Below, piece after piece: positions 7,561 through 16,086 of a stretch of DNA of 16,586 nucleotides (position 1 is its first letter; every line of letters starts with the position of its first letter). The DNA is taken from the NCBI GenBank assembly GCA_048885925.1, contig JBHLLG010000060.1:1-16586 (forward strand), given 5' to 3'. The notes beneath the pieces are model-generated. The model was given only the letters and a program-made list of their open reading frames with translations, ran no database searches and was not told the DNA's origin. The DNA comes from Candidatus Hermodarchaeota archaeon (lineage in GTDB: Archaea > Asgardarchaeota > Lokiarchaeia > Sigyniarchaeales > SOKP01). A program made the translations under genes and the position numbers.

Positions 7561-8493
7561 CTATAATTTACCTTCTTTTATTAATTGTTTAGCGTATTCA
7601 TAATCTTGTTGGGTATCGATTTCTACCCATCCATGATTTACCTTTACAGCATGTATCGGATATCCTCTATCAATGAGTTCTTGAAGCATATCGGTAAGAT
7701 AGGCTTTCCGAATGGAAACAGCATCATGGAATCGTTGTCCTTCTGCAAATCGACATGTTTTATTTTCTTTTGCTCGATGGTAATTTCTTCGTAAGATTTC
7801 AGCACCTTTTTTAGTAAATTTCGCTACTCCAATAAATTCTCCATCAAACGCATCAGGATTGCAGAATTTTGAGATAAAAACAATTTTACCACCCTTTATT
7901 TTTACTAATTCTGCTTCATCTGTGGGATGTTCATCACGATTTTCATATCTAGCTTTCCAATTTGGTTCTACACAGATACATATATCATAGGGAGCATCCA
8001 AAATCCTTTGAAAAATATCTTTTGAGAAAACACTATCTGCATAAGTAAAAACGAATCCATCTTCCATGGCTTCTTCTGCATAAAAAAGTGATTCTAAAAT
8101 GTTATTTTCTGCGTATTCATCATTATCATAGTATTTAATATTAGAAATTGTAAATTTGTCTTTCTGATAACCTCGTACAACTACAATATCTTCCAGTCCC
8201 ACTTCTCGAAGTACATCAATTTCCCGTTCAATAATAGATTTACCTTCACTAATTTCTAATAGTGGTTTTGGTAGATATTTGGTCATATCCTTTAATCGAG
8301 ATCCCATTCCGGCTGCAATAATAATTACTTTCATTTCTTTTGCTTCCTTAATTTGTTCATATCGTCTTACAATTCGCTCTAGAAGTGAAATATGCTCATT
8401 ATATTTTTCAGATGTTTTTTTATATCCGATCTTTTTAACACTCTCATAAATCTTCTTAATTTCTTCAAGATCTGAATATTTTTGTTCCGGCAT
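7561..8493 (-). CDS. LicC/PntC-like (phosphocholine/phosphonate) cytidylyltransferase with 53-aa N-terminal extension
   Basis: IIIAAGMGSRL...LPKPLL nucleotidyltransferase signature, VVVRGYQ, NDEYAENNILESL, YADSVF, GEFIGVAKF, AYLTDMLQEL, WVEIDTQQDY. Catalytic domain starts at Met54 (8334). Confidence 0.85.
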   Translation of the reverse strand: MPEQKYSDLEEIKKIYESVKKIGYKKTSEKYNEHISLLERIVRRYEQIKEAKEMKVIIIAAGMGSRLKDMTKYLPKPLLEISEGKSIIEREIDVLREVGLEDIVVVRGYQKDKFTISNIKYYDNDEYAENNILESLFYAEEAMEDGFVFTYADSVFSKDIFQRILDAPYDICICVEPNWKARYENRDEHPTDEAELVKIKGGKIVFISKFCNPDAFDGEFIGVAKFTKKGAEILRRNYHRAKENKTCRFAEGQRFHDAVSIRKAYLTDMLQELIDRGYPIHAVKVNHGWVEIDTQQDYEYAKQLIKEGKL

Positions 8494-8536
8494 ATTATTA
8501 TAGAAAATGTTTATTAACTTTAGAAGTACATTTACC

Positions 8537-8544
8537 TATATAAA
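8537..8544 (-). promoter_or_regulatory. Candidate archaeal TATA box (TTTATATA) with purine-rich BRE-like upstream bases, for the cytidylyltransferase-MFS unit
   Basis: Minus strand CCTAAAAG-TTTATATA-GG, ~45 nt upstream of ATG 8493. The AT-rich background lowers specificity. Confidence 0.45.
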
Positions 8545-8772
8545 CTTTTAGGAATTTAACTTTTAAATGATTTATTAACTATATAGAAAAACTTGATAGT
8601 TTTTATAGGTAATTTAAATAAAATTTTATATAATTGTTAGGTATCCAAATTATTTTTCACCTAATCTTAAATATCTCTTCTTTCCTATTCATAATTCCAA
8701 CAAAACTCTCAGTAGAGTTAAAAGAAATATTTTAAAGAGTAATAAGATCTTTAAAAGAAAAACAAGAATTAA

Positions 8773-10278
8773 TTATTTGTAAAATCTCCTCATATGTTTG
8801 TTGAAATATAAAGGGAAATATAAAATCCATACTAAAATTTCTTTCCACCTTTGAAGTAGCTGATTTCTTCTAGCAATAATTGATTTTATGACAAATCTTA
8901 AATAACCAGTTTTATTCCACTGATGAGATACATCAGATAATTCAGTATTTAAAATTAGATAACTTTTTGAAATTTTTTTGTATCTTTTTATTAATTTTTT
9001 AAGGCCATAACCGGTAAGTCTATTTAAAAAAAGAATTGTTGTTACATTTCGTATTTTTTTAGGCTCTTTATTAATGATATCATCTTGAGTGATTATTTTA
9101 TTATATTTTTTGAGTTTTTCTCTTAGAAATTTCACTAGTTGAGGAGGAAATTGGTCAGGAATTAAAAATGTCTTAGATTTTAAATAACGTAATACACTAT
9201 GATTATATAATGAATCTAAAGTCAACTTAAAATTATCATAAGCTTTTGATTCAGAATCTAAATAAAATTGGTATAATTCATCAAAAATTTCTGGATTTTG
9301 ATCTTTCACATCCTTTTTTTCTAGTTTATCTTTAGCAAGGTTGAAAAGCGAGAATTTTCCATTATCATTAAGTAATTTCCATGTACCTTTTGTAATCATT
9401 GTCTTTTGAATTGATTGGAACATCAAATAACAATCTCCTCTCACTGTTCTTTCATTATTAACATCTATATTCTTCTCTATTAATGGTTTAAAAGAAATTG
9501 ATTGTCTATCATGGTTAGTTTCGATATTTAAATAATCTAAAATAGTTTCCAATATATCTATTAGATATACTCTTTTATAAATTGTTCTAGGTTTTACTTT
9601 TGTTAAAATGGGCGGAATTCTTATGAATAAAGCAGGTTGCATTGATGATTGATGTATATCATCAAAGTGTAATAATTTAGTTTTTTGGTATAGATTTTTA
9701 TCATAATATCCATGATCAGAATTAAGAATAAATAGGGAATTATTCCAAAAATTATTTCTTTTCAAGAATCCAATTATCTTTCTTACATACAAATCAGCCT
9801 GGGGATCGCTAGGTCGAAAAAATATGAAAAATAGATTTTTTTCTTTAGAAGTAATGTTCTCCACTTTCTTAATAAAGAGATCATAAACCTCTTTCGCATC
9901 TAACCAATGATCTCCTTGATACATCTCTTCTCTATAATAAGGATTGAGAATATCTTGGAGAACAATTACTTGTTCTTTACCAAATATTATAGAATGAATA
10001 TTATAGCCCTCTTTTTTTAAAGGGTAAATATTATTATCTAATTCTAAACTTGGAAGGTTTTCAATTGAGCGATAATAATCCGGAAATACATTATAAGGAT
10101 ATTTCCCAGTTAAAAATGAAAGCACAGATAAATTTGTAGATGGGAATTGAGATACCGCATCTTTAAAGTAAAAACCGTCCTTCCCTTTTTCTAATTCTTT
10201 ATATATTGGAAGTAGACTATGCAGATCCGGTCGTTCATAATTACAAATTGAATCAGTTAGAATCCAAAAAATATTCAT
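8773..10278 (-). CDS. Alkaline phosphatase superfamily (sulfatase-like) hydrolase/transferase, Thr-nucleophile type
   Basis: NIFWILTDS (first metal Asp), FPSTNLSVLSFLTGKYP at the nucleophile position (no C/SxPxR), FILNSDHG, LIDILETILDYL, and sulfatase-like C-terminal WKL...LFNLAKDKLE. No signal peptide seen. Confidence 0.8.
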   Translation of the reverse strand: MNIFWILTDSICNYERPDLHSLLPIYKELEKGKDGFYFKDAVSQFPSTNLSVLSFLTGKYPYNVFPDYYRSIENLPSLELDNNIYPLKKEGYNIHSIIFGKEQVIVLQDILNPYYREEMYQGDHWLDAKEVYDLFIKKVENITSKEKNLFFIFFRPSDPQADLYVRKIIGFLKRNNFWNNSLFILNSDHGYYDKNLYQKTKLLHFDDIHQSSMQPALFIRIPPILTKVKPRTIYKRVYLIDILETILDYLNIETNHDRQSISFKPLIEKNIDVNNERTVRGDCYLMFQSIQKTMITKGTWKLLNDNGKFSLFNLAKDKLEKKDVKDQNPEIFDELYQFYLDSESKAYDNFKLTLDSLYNHSVLRYLKSKTFLIPDQFPPQLVKFLREKLKKYNKIITQDDIINKEPKKIRNVTTILFLNRLTGYGLKKLIKRYKKISKSYLILNTELSDVSHQWNKTGYLRFVIKSIIARRNQLLQRWKEILVWILYFPLYFNKHMRRFYK

Positions 10279-10283
10279 TTAAA

Positions 10284-10288
10284 CACCT
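10284..10288 (-). promoter_or_regulatory. Shine-Dalgarno-like AGGTG upstream of the sulfatase-like gene
   Basis: Minus strand AGGTG-TTTAA-ATG (start at 10278). Confidence 0.6.
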
Positions 10289-10319
10289 GTTTAATTTCTC
10301 AATAATTCCTTTTAGAATT

Positions 10320-11141
10320 TCATTCTTTTTCTTTCATGAACTTTTTTTTGTAATGCTTTAGAGCATCTTTATCAATACTCTTTGCTTTTAAAACCATAAA
10401 AGTTGAGAATACAAAAAGTAGAAAAACAACATAAAACATCATTAGTAATTCTAGTATCATAGCAATATTAAAATAGATGTACAATAAGAAACCAATTAAA
10501 AACATTGTAGTAATAATATGTGTGTGACTAAAAGCATTTACAAGGTTTATTGATATATTTTTTATTTTCTTGAAAAATGTTTTTTTCGGAGGACCTACTT
10601 CTTTATTCTCACTTTCATCTGGTATTTTGTTTTGTACTTGTCCTTTAGTAAATGCAATTATAGATATTTTACGAATAGTTCTTATGCCAATTAAGAAGAA
10701 AGTCGCTATTATTCCAAAAAATATGTATAAAAATTCAGAATTGATTCTAAAAATACTATATCCAAAGGCAAAGAAAAACCATCCCTGAAAGAACAAATGT
10801 CCGATTTCATCATAATATATACCTTGTAAAGAAGTTTGTTTTTTATATCTAGCAACTTCACCATCAACTTCATCTGACAAATAATAAATATATACTAAAA
10901 TAAATCCTAAGATAATAAAAATTTTATTCGTTATTGCTATTAACAATAATCCTATTAACCCAATTAAGGTTCCAGTGATTGTAATAGAATTTGCTGTTAT
11001 AGGAGTCTTAACCAGAATCCAAGTAATATATCTTGATAAAGTTGTGTAGATCCAATGCCACCAATCTTTCTTCTTTTTTCGCTTTTCAAGTTTTGTTCCT
11101 TGAATAATCTGCTTAAATTCTTTAAAGCTTTCTCTTGGCAT
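10320..11141 (-). CDS. CDP-alcohol phosphotransferase family protein
   Basis: ITANSIT motif and signature DEVDGEVARYKKQTSLQGIYYDEIGH (DxxDGxxAR...GxxxDxxxD with the last Asp as His); about 6 TM segments. ATG at 11141 preferred over the track's TTG at 11207, which would leave only 15 nt before the divergent gene. Confidence 0.9.
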   Translation of the reverse strand: MPRESFKEFKQIIQGTKLEKRKKKKDWWHWIYTTLSRYITWILVKTPITANSITITGTLIGLIGLLLIAITNKIFIILGFILVYIYYLSDEVDGEVARYKKQTSLQGIYYDEIGHLFFQGWFFFAFGYSIFRINSEFLYIFFGIIATFFLIGIRTIRKISIIAFTKGQVQNKIPDESENKEVGPPKKTFFKKIKNISINLVNAFSHTHIITTMFLIGFLLYIYFNIAMILELLMMFYVVFLLFVFSTFMVLKAKSIDKDALKHYKKKFMKEKE

Positions 11142-11222
11142 ATTGCATAAAAAATAGTTTTTAAATGTATAAAAATTAGAAACCTTATAATCTTTATTTA
11201 AAACCAAAAGGAACGTTGAAAA

Positions 11223-11921
11223 TTGAACTTTATTACTAAAATTATTAAAAAAATTACGAAATATTATCTTTCTTATTTCAATTATATTATACCCTATTTT
11301 CCTAAATTCATTTGGAAAAGAATAAAACTTCTTTCAGTTATGAATTATTGGAGAATAGAATATAGATTAGGAGGAAAAGACAAATATAATCAAGACCCAT
11401 CTCTAAAAATCATTTTTGAGCGATATTGTAAACATTTACAAATAGATAAGAATACATTTAGGGGAAAAATTGTTGTTGATGTAGGATGTGGACCTCGAGG
11501 ATCCCTTCATTATTTTAATGCTAAATTAAAAATCGGAGTTGATCCTTTTGCGAATTTCTATCGAAAATATTTTAATGTTGATAAACAAAACATGATATAT
11601 GTTCACGCTAGTGCTGAAAAAATGCCCATAAATAATGAATTTACGGATTATGTTATTTCACATAATGCTTTAGATCATGTTGATAATTTCAAACAATCTA
11701 TAAAAGAAATCCATAGAATTCTTAAACCAAATGGAATAATAATTTTCCAACTTAACTTTAATAAAAAGCCTACGATTAACGAACCAATTGTGTTGAATAA
11801 GGCAATAGTAAAAAACACCTTAGAGCCTTATTTCGAATATAAAATAGAAAATGAAATCCTTACGCAAGAATATAGACATTTTGGTTCATATATTTTAATT
11901 AAAGGTAAGAAAATTAATTAA
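11223..11921 (+). CDS. Class I SAM-dependent methyltransferase
   Basis: Motif I VVDVGCGPRG, IGVDP, ASAEKMPI..EFTDYVIS.NALDHV, EIHRILKPNG. Exact start uncertain (TTG). Confidence 0.88.
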   Translation: MNFITKIIKKITKYYLSYFNYIIPYFPKFIWKRIKLLSVMNYWRIEYRLGGKDKYNQDPSLKIIFERYCKHLQIDKNTFRGKIVVDVGCGPRGSLHYFNAKLKIGVDPFANFYRKYFNVDKQNMIYVHASAEKMPINNEFTDYVISHNALDHVDNFKQSIKEIHRILKPNGIIIFQLNFNKKPTINEPIVLNKAIVKNTLEPYFEYKIENEILTQEYRHFGSYILIKGKKIN

Positions 11922-12077
11922 AACTAAAAATCAAAGTAATTGAAATTTATTCAATATATATTTTATTTAAAAAATGATCTTAGCTTAAGATTTCTTAATT
12001 TCTTCAAATCATAAATTTAATTTGAGACTCACTATTTTTTTTTTTAATTTATAATAATTTATAACTTGATTCTTAAC

Positions 12078-13721
12078 ATGGAAGATTCTGGTGATGAACT
12101 GCAGTTTTCTATAGGTGAGACAGAATATAGAAAATTGGCGACAAATACTTTTTACTCGTTCATGTTTAATTATAGTTCCTTATTTTTTACATTTATATAT
12201 TCATTTCTTTTAGCGCGTCTATTTGTGGATGTAATTTGGGGATATCTCATATTATCTACATCATATATAATGATTATAGTAATAATTTCGTCGTTATTAC
12301 CACCAGGTCTCAATTTTGCCTTGAATTATTATATTCCTAGACATTTTGCATTAAATGAAAAATCTAAAATAAAATCGCTAATTCGAAATTCAGTCATAAT
12401 AAAATTGGTATTTTTAATTCCAATTTTTATTATCAGTATTCTGATTTTTCAATTAATTTCTATCTATCTTGTAGATACATTGGTTTCCCTTTTTTTTATC
12501 ATGTCTCCCTGTATCTTAATTAATAGCTTAAATTACATTTTAGAAGCAATAAATCGTGGCTTTAATAAATTTCATTATAATTTCTGGTTTTTGATGGTGA
12601 AAAATGTAATTCATATTGTACCATTAGTTATTTTTTTTGTTTGGGATATTATGGTTGAGATTGAAATTGTAGCTTGGATCATATTATTTTCAAGTTTAAT
12701 TCCGTTCATTTTGAATTCTGTTCTTGTTTTTATTATGGTCAATAAAATTAAATCACTTGAAAGTATGACCAATTCATTTAAAAAAGATTTATCTAAAACA
12801 TTCAAGTACGGCAGTTATATGGGGGTCAATGATCTTATCGAAAGACTATGGAAAGAATCCCAACTTCAAGGAATTGGCTATATCGTGTCTCCAGATTTTG
12901 TCACTGGATTTAATATCTCAATAAATTATCAGAAATTAAATGATTATATTGTTTATTCTTTTCATTTTCCATTATTAACTTCTTTTACAACTTTAGACGC
13001 AAGAGAAAGTTATGAGCAAATAGATATGATTTATAGAATAGCTTATAAAATAACTTTATTTGTACTTTTAATCATTTCAGGAATTCTATATTTTTGTGTT
13101 GAGTTTGTTTTAGATTTTGTATTCCTTGAGGATCGCTTAATATATTCAAATTTACTTCGATTAATGGTGCTTGCTTCTATTTTTAGACTTTTAGCTGCAT
13201 TTCTACAAAGTCTATTAAATGCTCAACATAAAGTAAAATTAACATTAATTTTAAGAATAATTTATACTTCAATGAGTATTCCTTTATTTTTTATAGGGCT
13301 TTTCTTTTATGGTGTTGAAGGTGCAATATTATATGGATTAATTATCGGAAATATTCTCTCAATGGGGGTTCAAATTTTTGCTACTTATAAATATGGTAAT
13401 ATTCATTTAAATCTTAAAAAAGTTATTATCCAATACATAGCGTTTTTCCTTCCGTTGGTTATTACGATTTTTTTAAAAGAATTTATATTTGAAGACATTA
13501 GTTTTCGGATTATTCAGAATTTAGGTCTATTACTCTTTAAAAAATTCGACTTTCTTTCTCTTAGCGCATTTCTTATTCTTTTTACATTAATAAATTTAGT
13601 TCTTAAAGTGGTTACCACTTCTGATATTATATATTTTAAATCACTTTTAAATAAAGAAAGATTTTTTGATAAAATTCTTATTAAAAGTTTAAATTTGTTA
13701 AAAAAGTTTTCAAGGGACTAA
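12078..13721 (+). CDS. Oligosaccharide flippase (Wzx/MOP superfamily)
   Basis: About 14 TM segments. N-terminal LATNTFYSF...LLARLF...WGYL...PPGLNFALNYYIP is typical of Wzx-like exporters. ATG at 12078; the track's TTG at 12066 is also possible. Confidence 0.82.
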   Translation: MEDSGDELQFSIGETEYRKLATNTFYSFMFNYSSLFFTFIYSFLLARLFVDVIWGYLILSTSYIMIIVIISSLLPPGLNFALNYYIPRHFALNEKSKIKSLIRNSVIIKLVFLIPIFIISILIFQLISIYLVDTLVSLFFIMSPCILINSLNYILEAINRGFNKFHYNFWFLMVKNVIHIVPLVIFFVWDIMVEIEIVAWIILFSSLIPFILNSVLVFIMVNKIKSLESMTNSFKKDLSKTFKYGSYMGVNDLIERLWKESQLQGIGYIVSPDFVTGFNISINYQKLNDYIVYSFHFPLLTSFTTLDARESYEQIDMIYRIAYKITLFVLLIISGILYFCVEFVLDFVFLEDRLIYSNLLRLMVLASIFRLLAAFLQSLLNAQHKVKLTLILRIIYTSMSIPLFFIGLFFYGVEGAILYGLIIGNILSMGVQIFATYKYGNIHLNLKKVIIQYIAFFLPLVITIFLKEFIFEDISFRIIQNLGLLLFKKFDFLSLSAFLILFTLINLVLKVVTTSDIIYFKSLLNKERFFDKILIKSLNLLKKFSRD

Positions 13722-13741
13722 AAGGGTAAAAATTCTTGGAG

Positions 13742-14935
13742 TTATTTGTATAATTGATCAAAATTTTTCATATTTTTTTCCCATAAGAAGTCACTTTTAA
13801 TTTTTTCTAAGCTGTTCTTTAAAAATTTATTCCTTAGGTTTTCATCTTTTAGAAGTTTTTTAATGGATCTTGCATAACAAATATAATTTTCAGTCTCACA
13901 CAATAGTCCATTTTCTAAATGTTTTATTAAATCTCTTGTACCGGCTATATCACTAGTTATTATTGGAACTTGAAATATCATTGCTTCCATTAAAACTCCA
14001 GCTAATCCTTCACCTCTACTAGGAAGAAAGAATATATCAGCACATCTATAAAAATTATGTACATCGAGTCTATTTCCTACGGACAAAATTTTTTGATTTA
14101 AACCATATTTCAAACTCATTTGGATTAAATTTTTCCGCTCTGGACCGTTTCCTACTAAAATGAACTTAACCTTTTGGCTTTTTAATAAATTCGCAGTTTT
14201 TAATATTAAATCAATCCCTTTTCTATTATTAAGAAGTCCAACAAATAAAATTATTTTTTCATCTTCATTTATTTTATAAATTTTTTTTATATCTTTATCA
14301 GAAGGTTTTGTTATTAAATCGATTCCTGTTGGTGTAACTCTAATCTTTCTTTTTGGGACTCCTGCTTTATGAGCATATTTAATCATGGACGTGCCATAAA
14401 TACTTATGTAATTAGATGCTAAAAAAACAAGTTTACCTAATGTTTTAAAGAATATTTTAAATAAGATGTCTAATACAGATGAAAATTTAAAAGAATATGC
14501 TGGAATGGTATCCATTGTGAGAATTAGTCTTTTCTTTTTAAAGAATAATAGTTTTAACATACACAGAATAAATGTATTTGGGTAGAATGGAACCCAAACA
14601 TGAAAAATCTCATTATTTTTTAATATTTTCCAGCATTTTTTAAAATATTCTAAATTAATGGGTATTGGCCATGAAAAACCAGATGATTTCGTCCATACTG
14701 GGTAAGTTATTAGATTTATCCCATCAAAATCATCGTAAAATCTTGTAATCTCTTTTAATATTTCATTTTTTTTCCTTGGAGTAAAAATTGATACAATAAA
14801 TTCTTTCTTTTTCAATTTATGCGTTATAAAGGAGATTGGTCTTTTAATGTTAATCCCAGGGTTTATAAAACATATTCGTCTATAATTTTTACCCATAAAT
14901 AGGGAAAGGAATAATGAATTTTTTAAATTACTCAT
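13742..14935 (-). CDS. Glycosyltransferase family 4 (GT-B, retaining)
   Basis: VTPTGID, ILFVGLLNNRKGIDLIL, LVGNGPE, DIFFLPSRGEGLAGVLMEAM (ExxxxxxxE), NGLL. Confidence 0.92.
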   Translation of the reverse strand: MSNLKNSLFLSLFMGKNYRRICFINPGINIKRPISFITHKLKKKEFIVSIFTPRKKNEILKEITRFYDDFDGINLITYPVWTKSSGFSWPIPINLEYFKKCWKILKNNEIFHVWVPFYPNTFILCMLKLLFFKKKRLILTMDTIPAYSFKFSSVLDILFKIFFKTLGKLVFLASNYISIYGTSMIKYAHKAGVPKRKIRVTPTGIDLITKPSDKDIKKIYKINEDEKIILFVGLLNNRKGIDLILKTANLLKSQKVKFILVGNGPERKNLIQMSLKYGLNQKILSVGNRLDVHNFYRCADIFFLPSRGEGLAGVLMEAMIFQVPIITSDIAGTRDLIKHLENGLLCETENYICYARSIKKLLKDENLRNKFLKNSLEKIKSDFLWEKNMKNFDQLYK

Positions 14936-15261
14936 TTAAAAATTTTTTTTGTATTAATCTGGAATTGAGTAAATCTATAAAAGAAATGAATTAATCGAGT
15001 ATAAAAGATATTTTCTTATAGAAAAAAATTAATATTATTCAAAAATAGTAAAAAACTGTTATATAAATATTTAATTAATAGAATAAACTTATTTTTTATA
15101 TTACATAATATATTAACACATGCCAAAAAATATTGTTAAAATTTGAAAAAAATTAACATTAAATCTAACTTTTTATAGAACTTGGAGCATTTACGTTGAA
15201 GATATCAATACAACCTAAAGAGATAAATTCTACAATTAAAAGAAAATCTATTTATACAACT

Positions 15262-16029
15262 ATGAAATTCCTTTTTCCTAATTTAAAAGTTGGAGTTGTA
15301 ATGCCTGCTTACAATGAAGAATTAAACATTGGACAAACCCTCGAACAAATTCCTGAGAATATTTCTGAAATTTTTGATGTAATTGTTGTTGATGATGGTT
15401 CAGTTGATAAAACTAGCGATATTGTTAAAAATTATAATGTAACTCTTATTAAACATTCTCAAAATAGAGGGTATGGTGCTGCTGTAAGAACAGGATTAGA
15501 CTATTGTAAAAAAAAAGAATATGATGTAGTAATTATTCTTGATACTGATGGTCAGCATTCTCCAAAATATATTAAGGAATTTATAAAACCAATTGTTGAA
15601 GATGACATAGATTTTGTTATTGGAAATCGATATAAATATTACTATGATATGATAGGGTTTAAGAAATTATGTGTAAAACTTATGACTGCTTTATATATGG
15701 TATTTCTTCAAAAAAAAATAATGGATCCAACAAATGGATATCGTTCATTATCTTCAAAAGTAGTAAATGATTTAGAACTCGAATCCGAGTATTCAATTTC
15801 ACAAGAGATGCTTTTTAAAGTTATTCCCTATTATAAATATAAAGAAATTCCAATAAAAGTTTATCAAAGAAACCATGGCCAATCTTTTATCAAAATCAAA
15901 AATTATTTGCTTAAAATAATATTACTATTTCTAAAGTTTTATATCTTCCCAAAAGTCAGAAAAATTACTCATAAAATTTTACCTGAAGAATTTAGGACAA
16001 GAGTTAAATCTTATTATCTAAAAACTTAA
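15262..16029 (+). CDS. Glycosyltransferase family 2, DPM1-like (polyprenol-phosphate glycosyltransferase-like)
   Basis: VVMPAYNEE, VIVVDDGSVD, HSQNRGYGAA, LDTDGQH, DFVIGNR, DPTNGYR, EIPI...R..GQS. ATG at 15262 preferred; the track extends to TTG 15196. Confidence 0.92.
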   Translation: MKFLFPNLKVGVVMPAYNEELNIGQTLEQIPENISEIFDVIVVDDGSVDKTSDIVKNYNVTLIKHSQNRGYGAAVRTGLDYCKKKEYDVVIILDTDGQHSPKYIKEFIKPIVEDDIDFVIGNRYKYYYDMIGFKKLCVKLMTALYMVFLQKKIMDPTNGYRSLSSKVVNDLELESEYSISQEMLFKVIPYYKYKEIPIKVYQRNHGQSFIKIKNYLLKIILLFLKFYIFPKVRKITHKILPEEFRTRVKSYYLKT

Positions 16030-16043
16030 CAAAATTGAAATTT

Positions 16044-16086
16044 GTCTCCACCTTTTTGCTCATACATAAATTGTAACAGTGGAGAC
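16044..16086. repeat. 8-bp perfect GC-rich inverted repeat (GTCTCCAC / GTGGAGAC) with 27-nt spacer
   Basis: GTCTCCAC at 16044-16051 and GTGGAGAC at 16079-16086, starting 15 nt after the GT2 stop codon. Confidence 0.6.

Noticed and set aside
7585-7794. 69-aa plus-strand ORF
   Set aside because: Antisense to the cytidylyltransferase.
10570-10788. 72-aa plus-strand ORF
   Set aside because: Antisense to the CDP-alcohol phosphotransferase.
7561-11141. Di-myo-inositol-phosphate (IPCT/DIPPS) compatible-solute pathway
   Set aside because: Not excluded but less favoured: the genes sit in a surface-glycan locus with a ppd remnant and a sulfatase-like transferase, and the two enzymes are neither fused nor adjacent.
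12611-12805. 64-aa minus-strand ORF
   Set aside because: Antisense to the flippase.
14936-15261. Long AT-rich spacer as an ncRNA, CRISPR leader or origin
   Set aside because: No repeats or GC-rich structure seen; explained by divergent promoters for the GT4 and GT2 genes.
16044-16086. Hairpin as a SECIS element or tRNA fragment
   Set aside because: No AUGA/GA core, no cloverleaf or T-loop motif, and no in-frame TGA in the upstream GT2.
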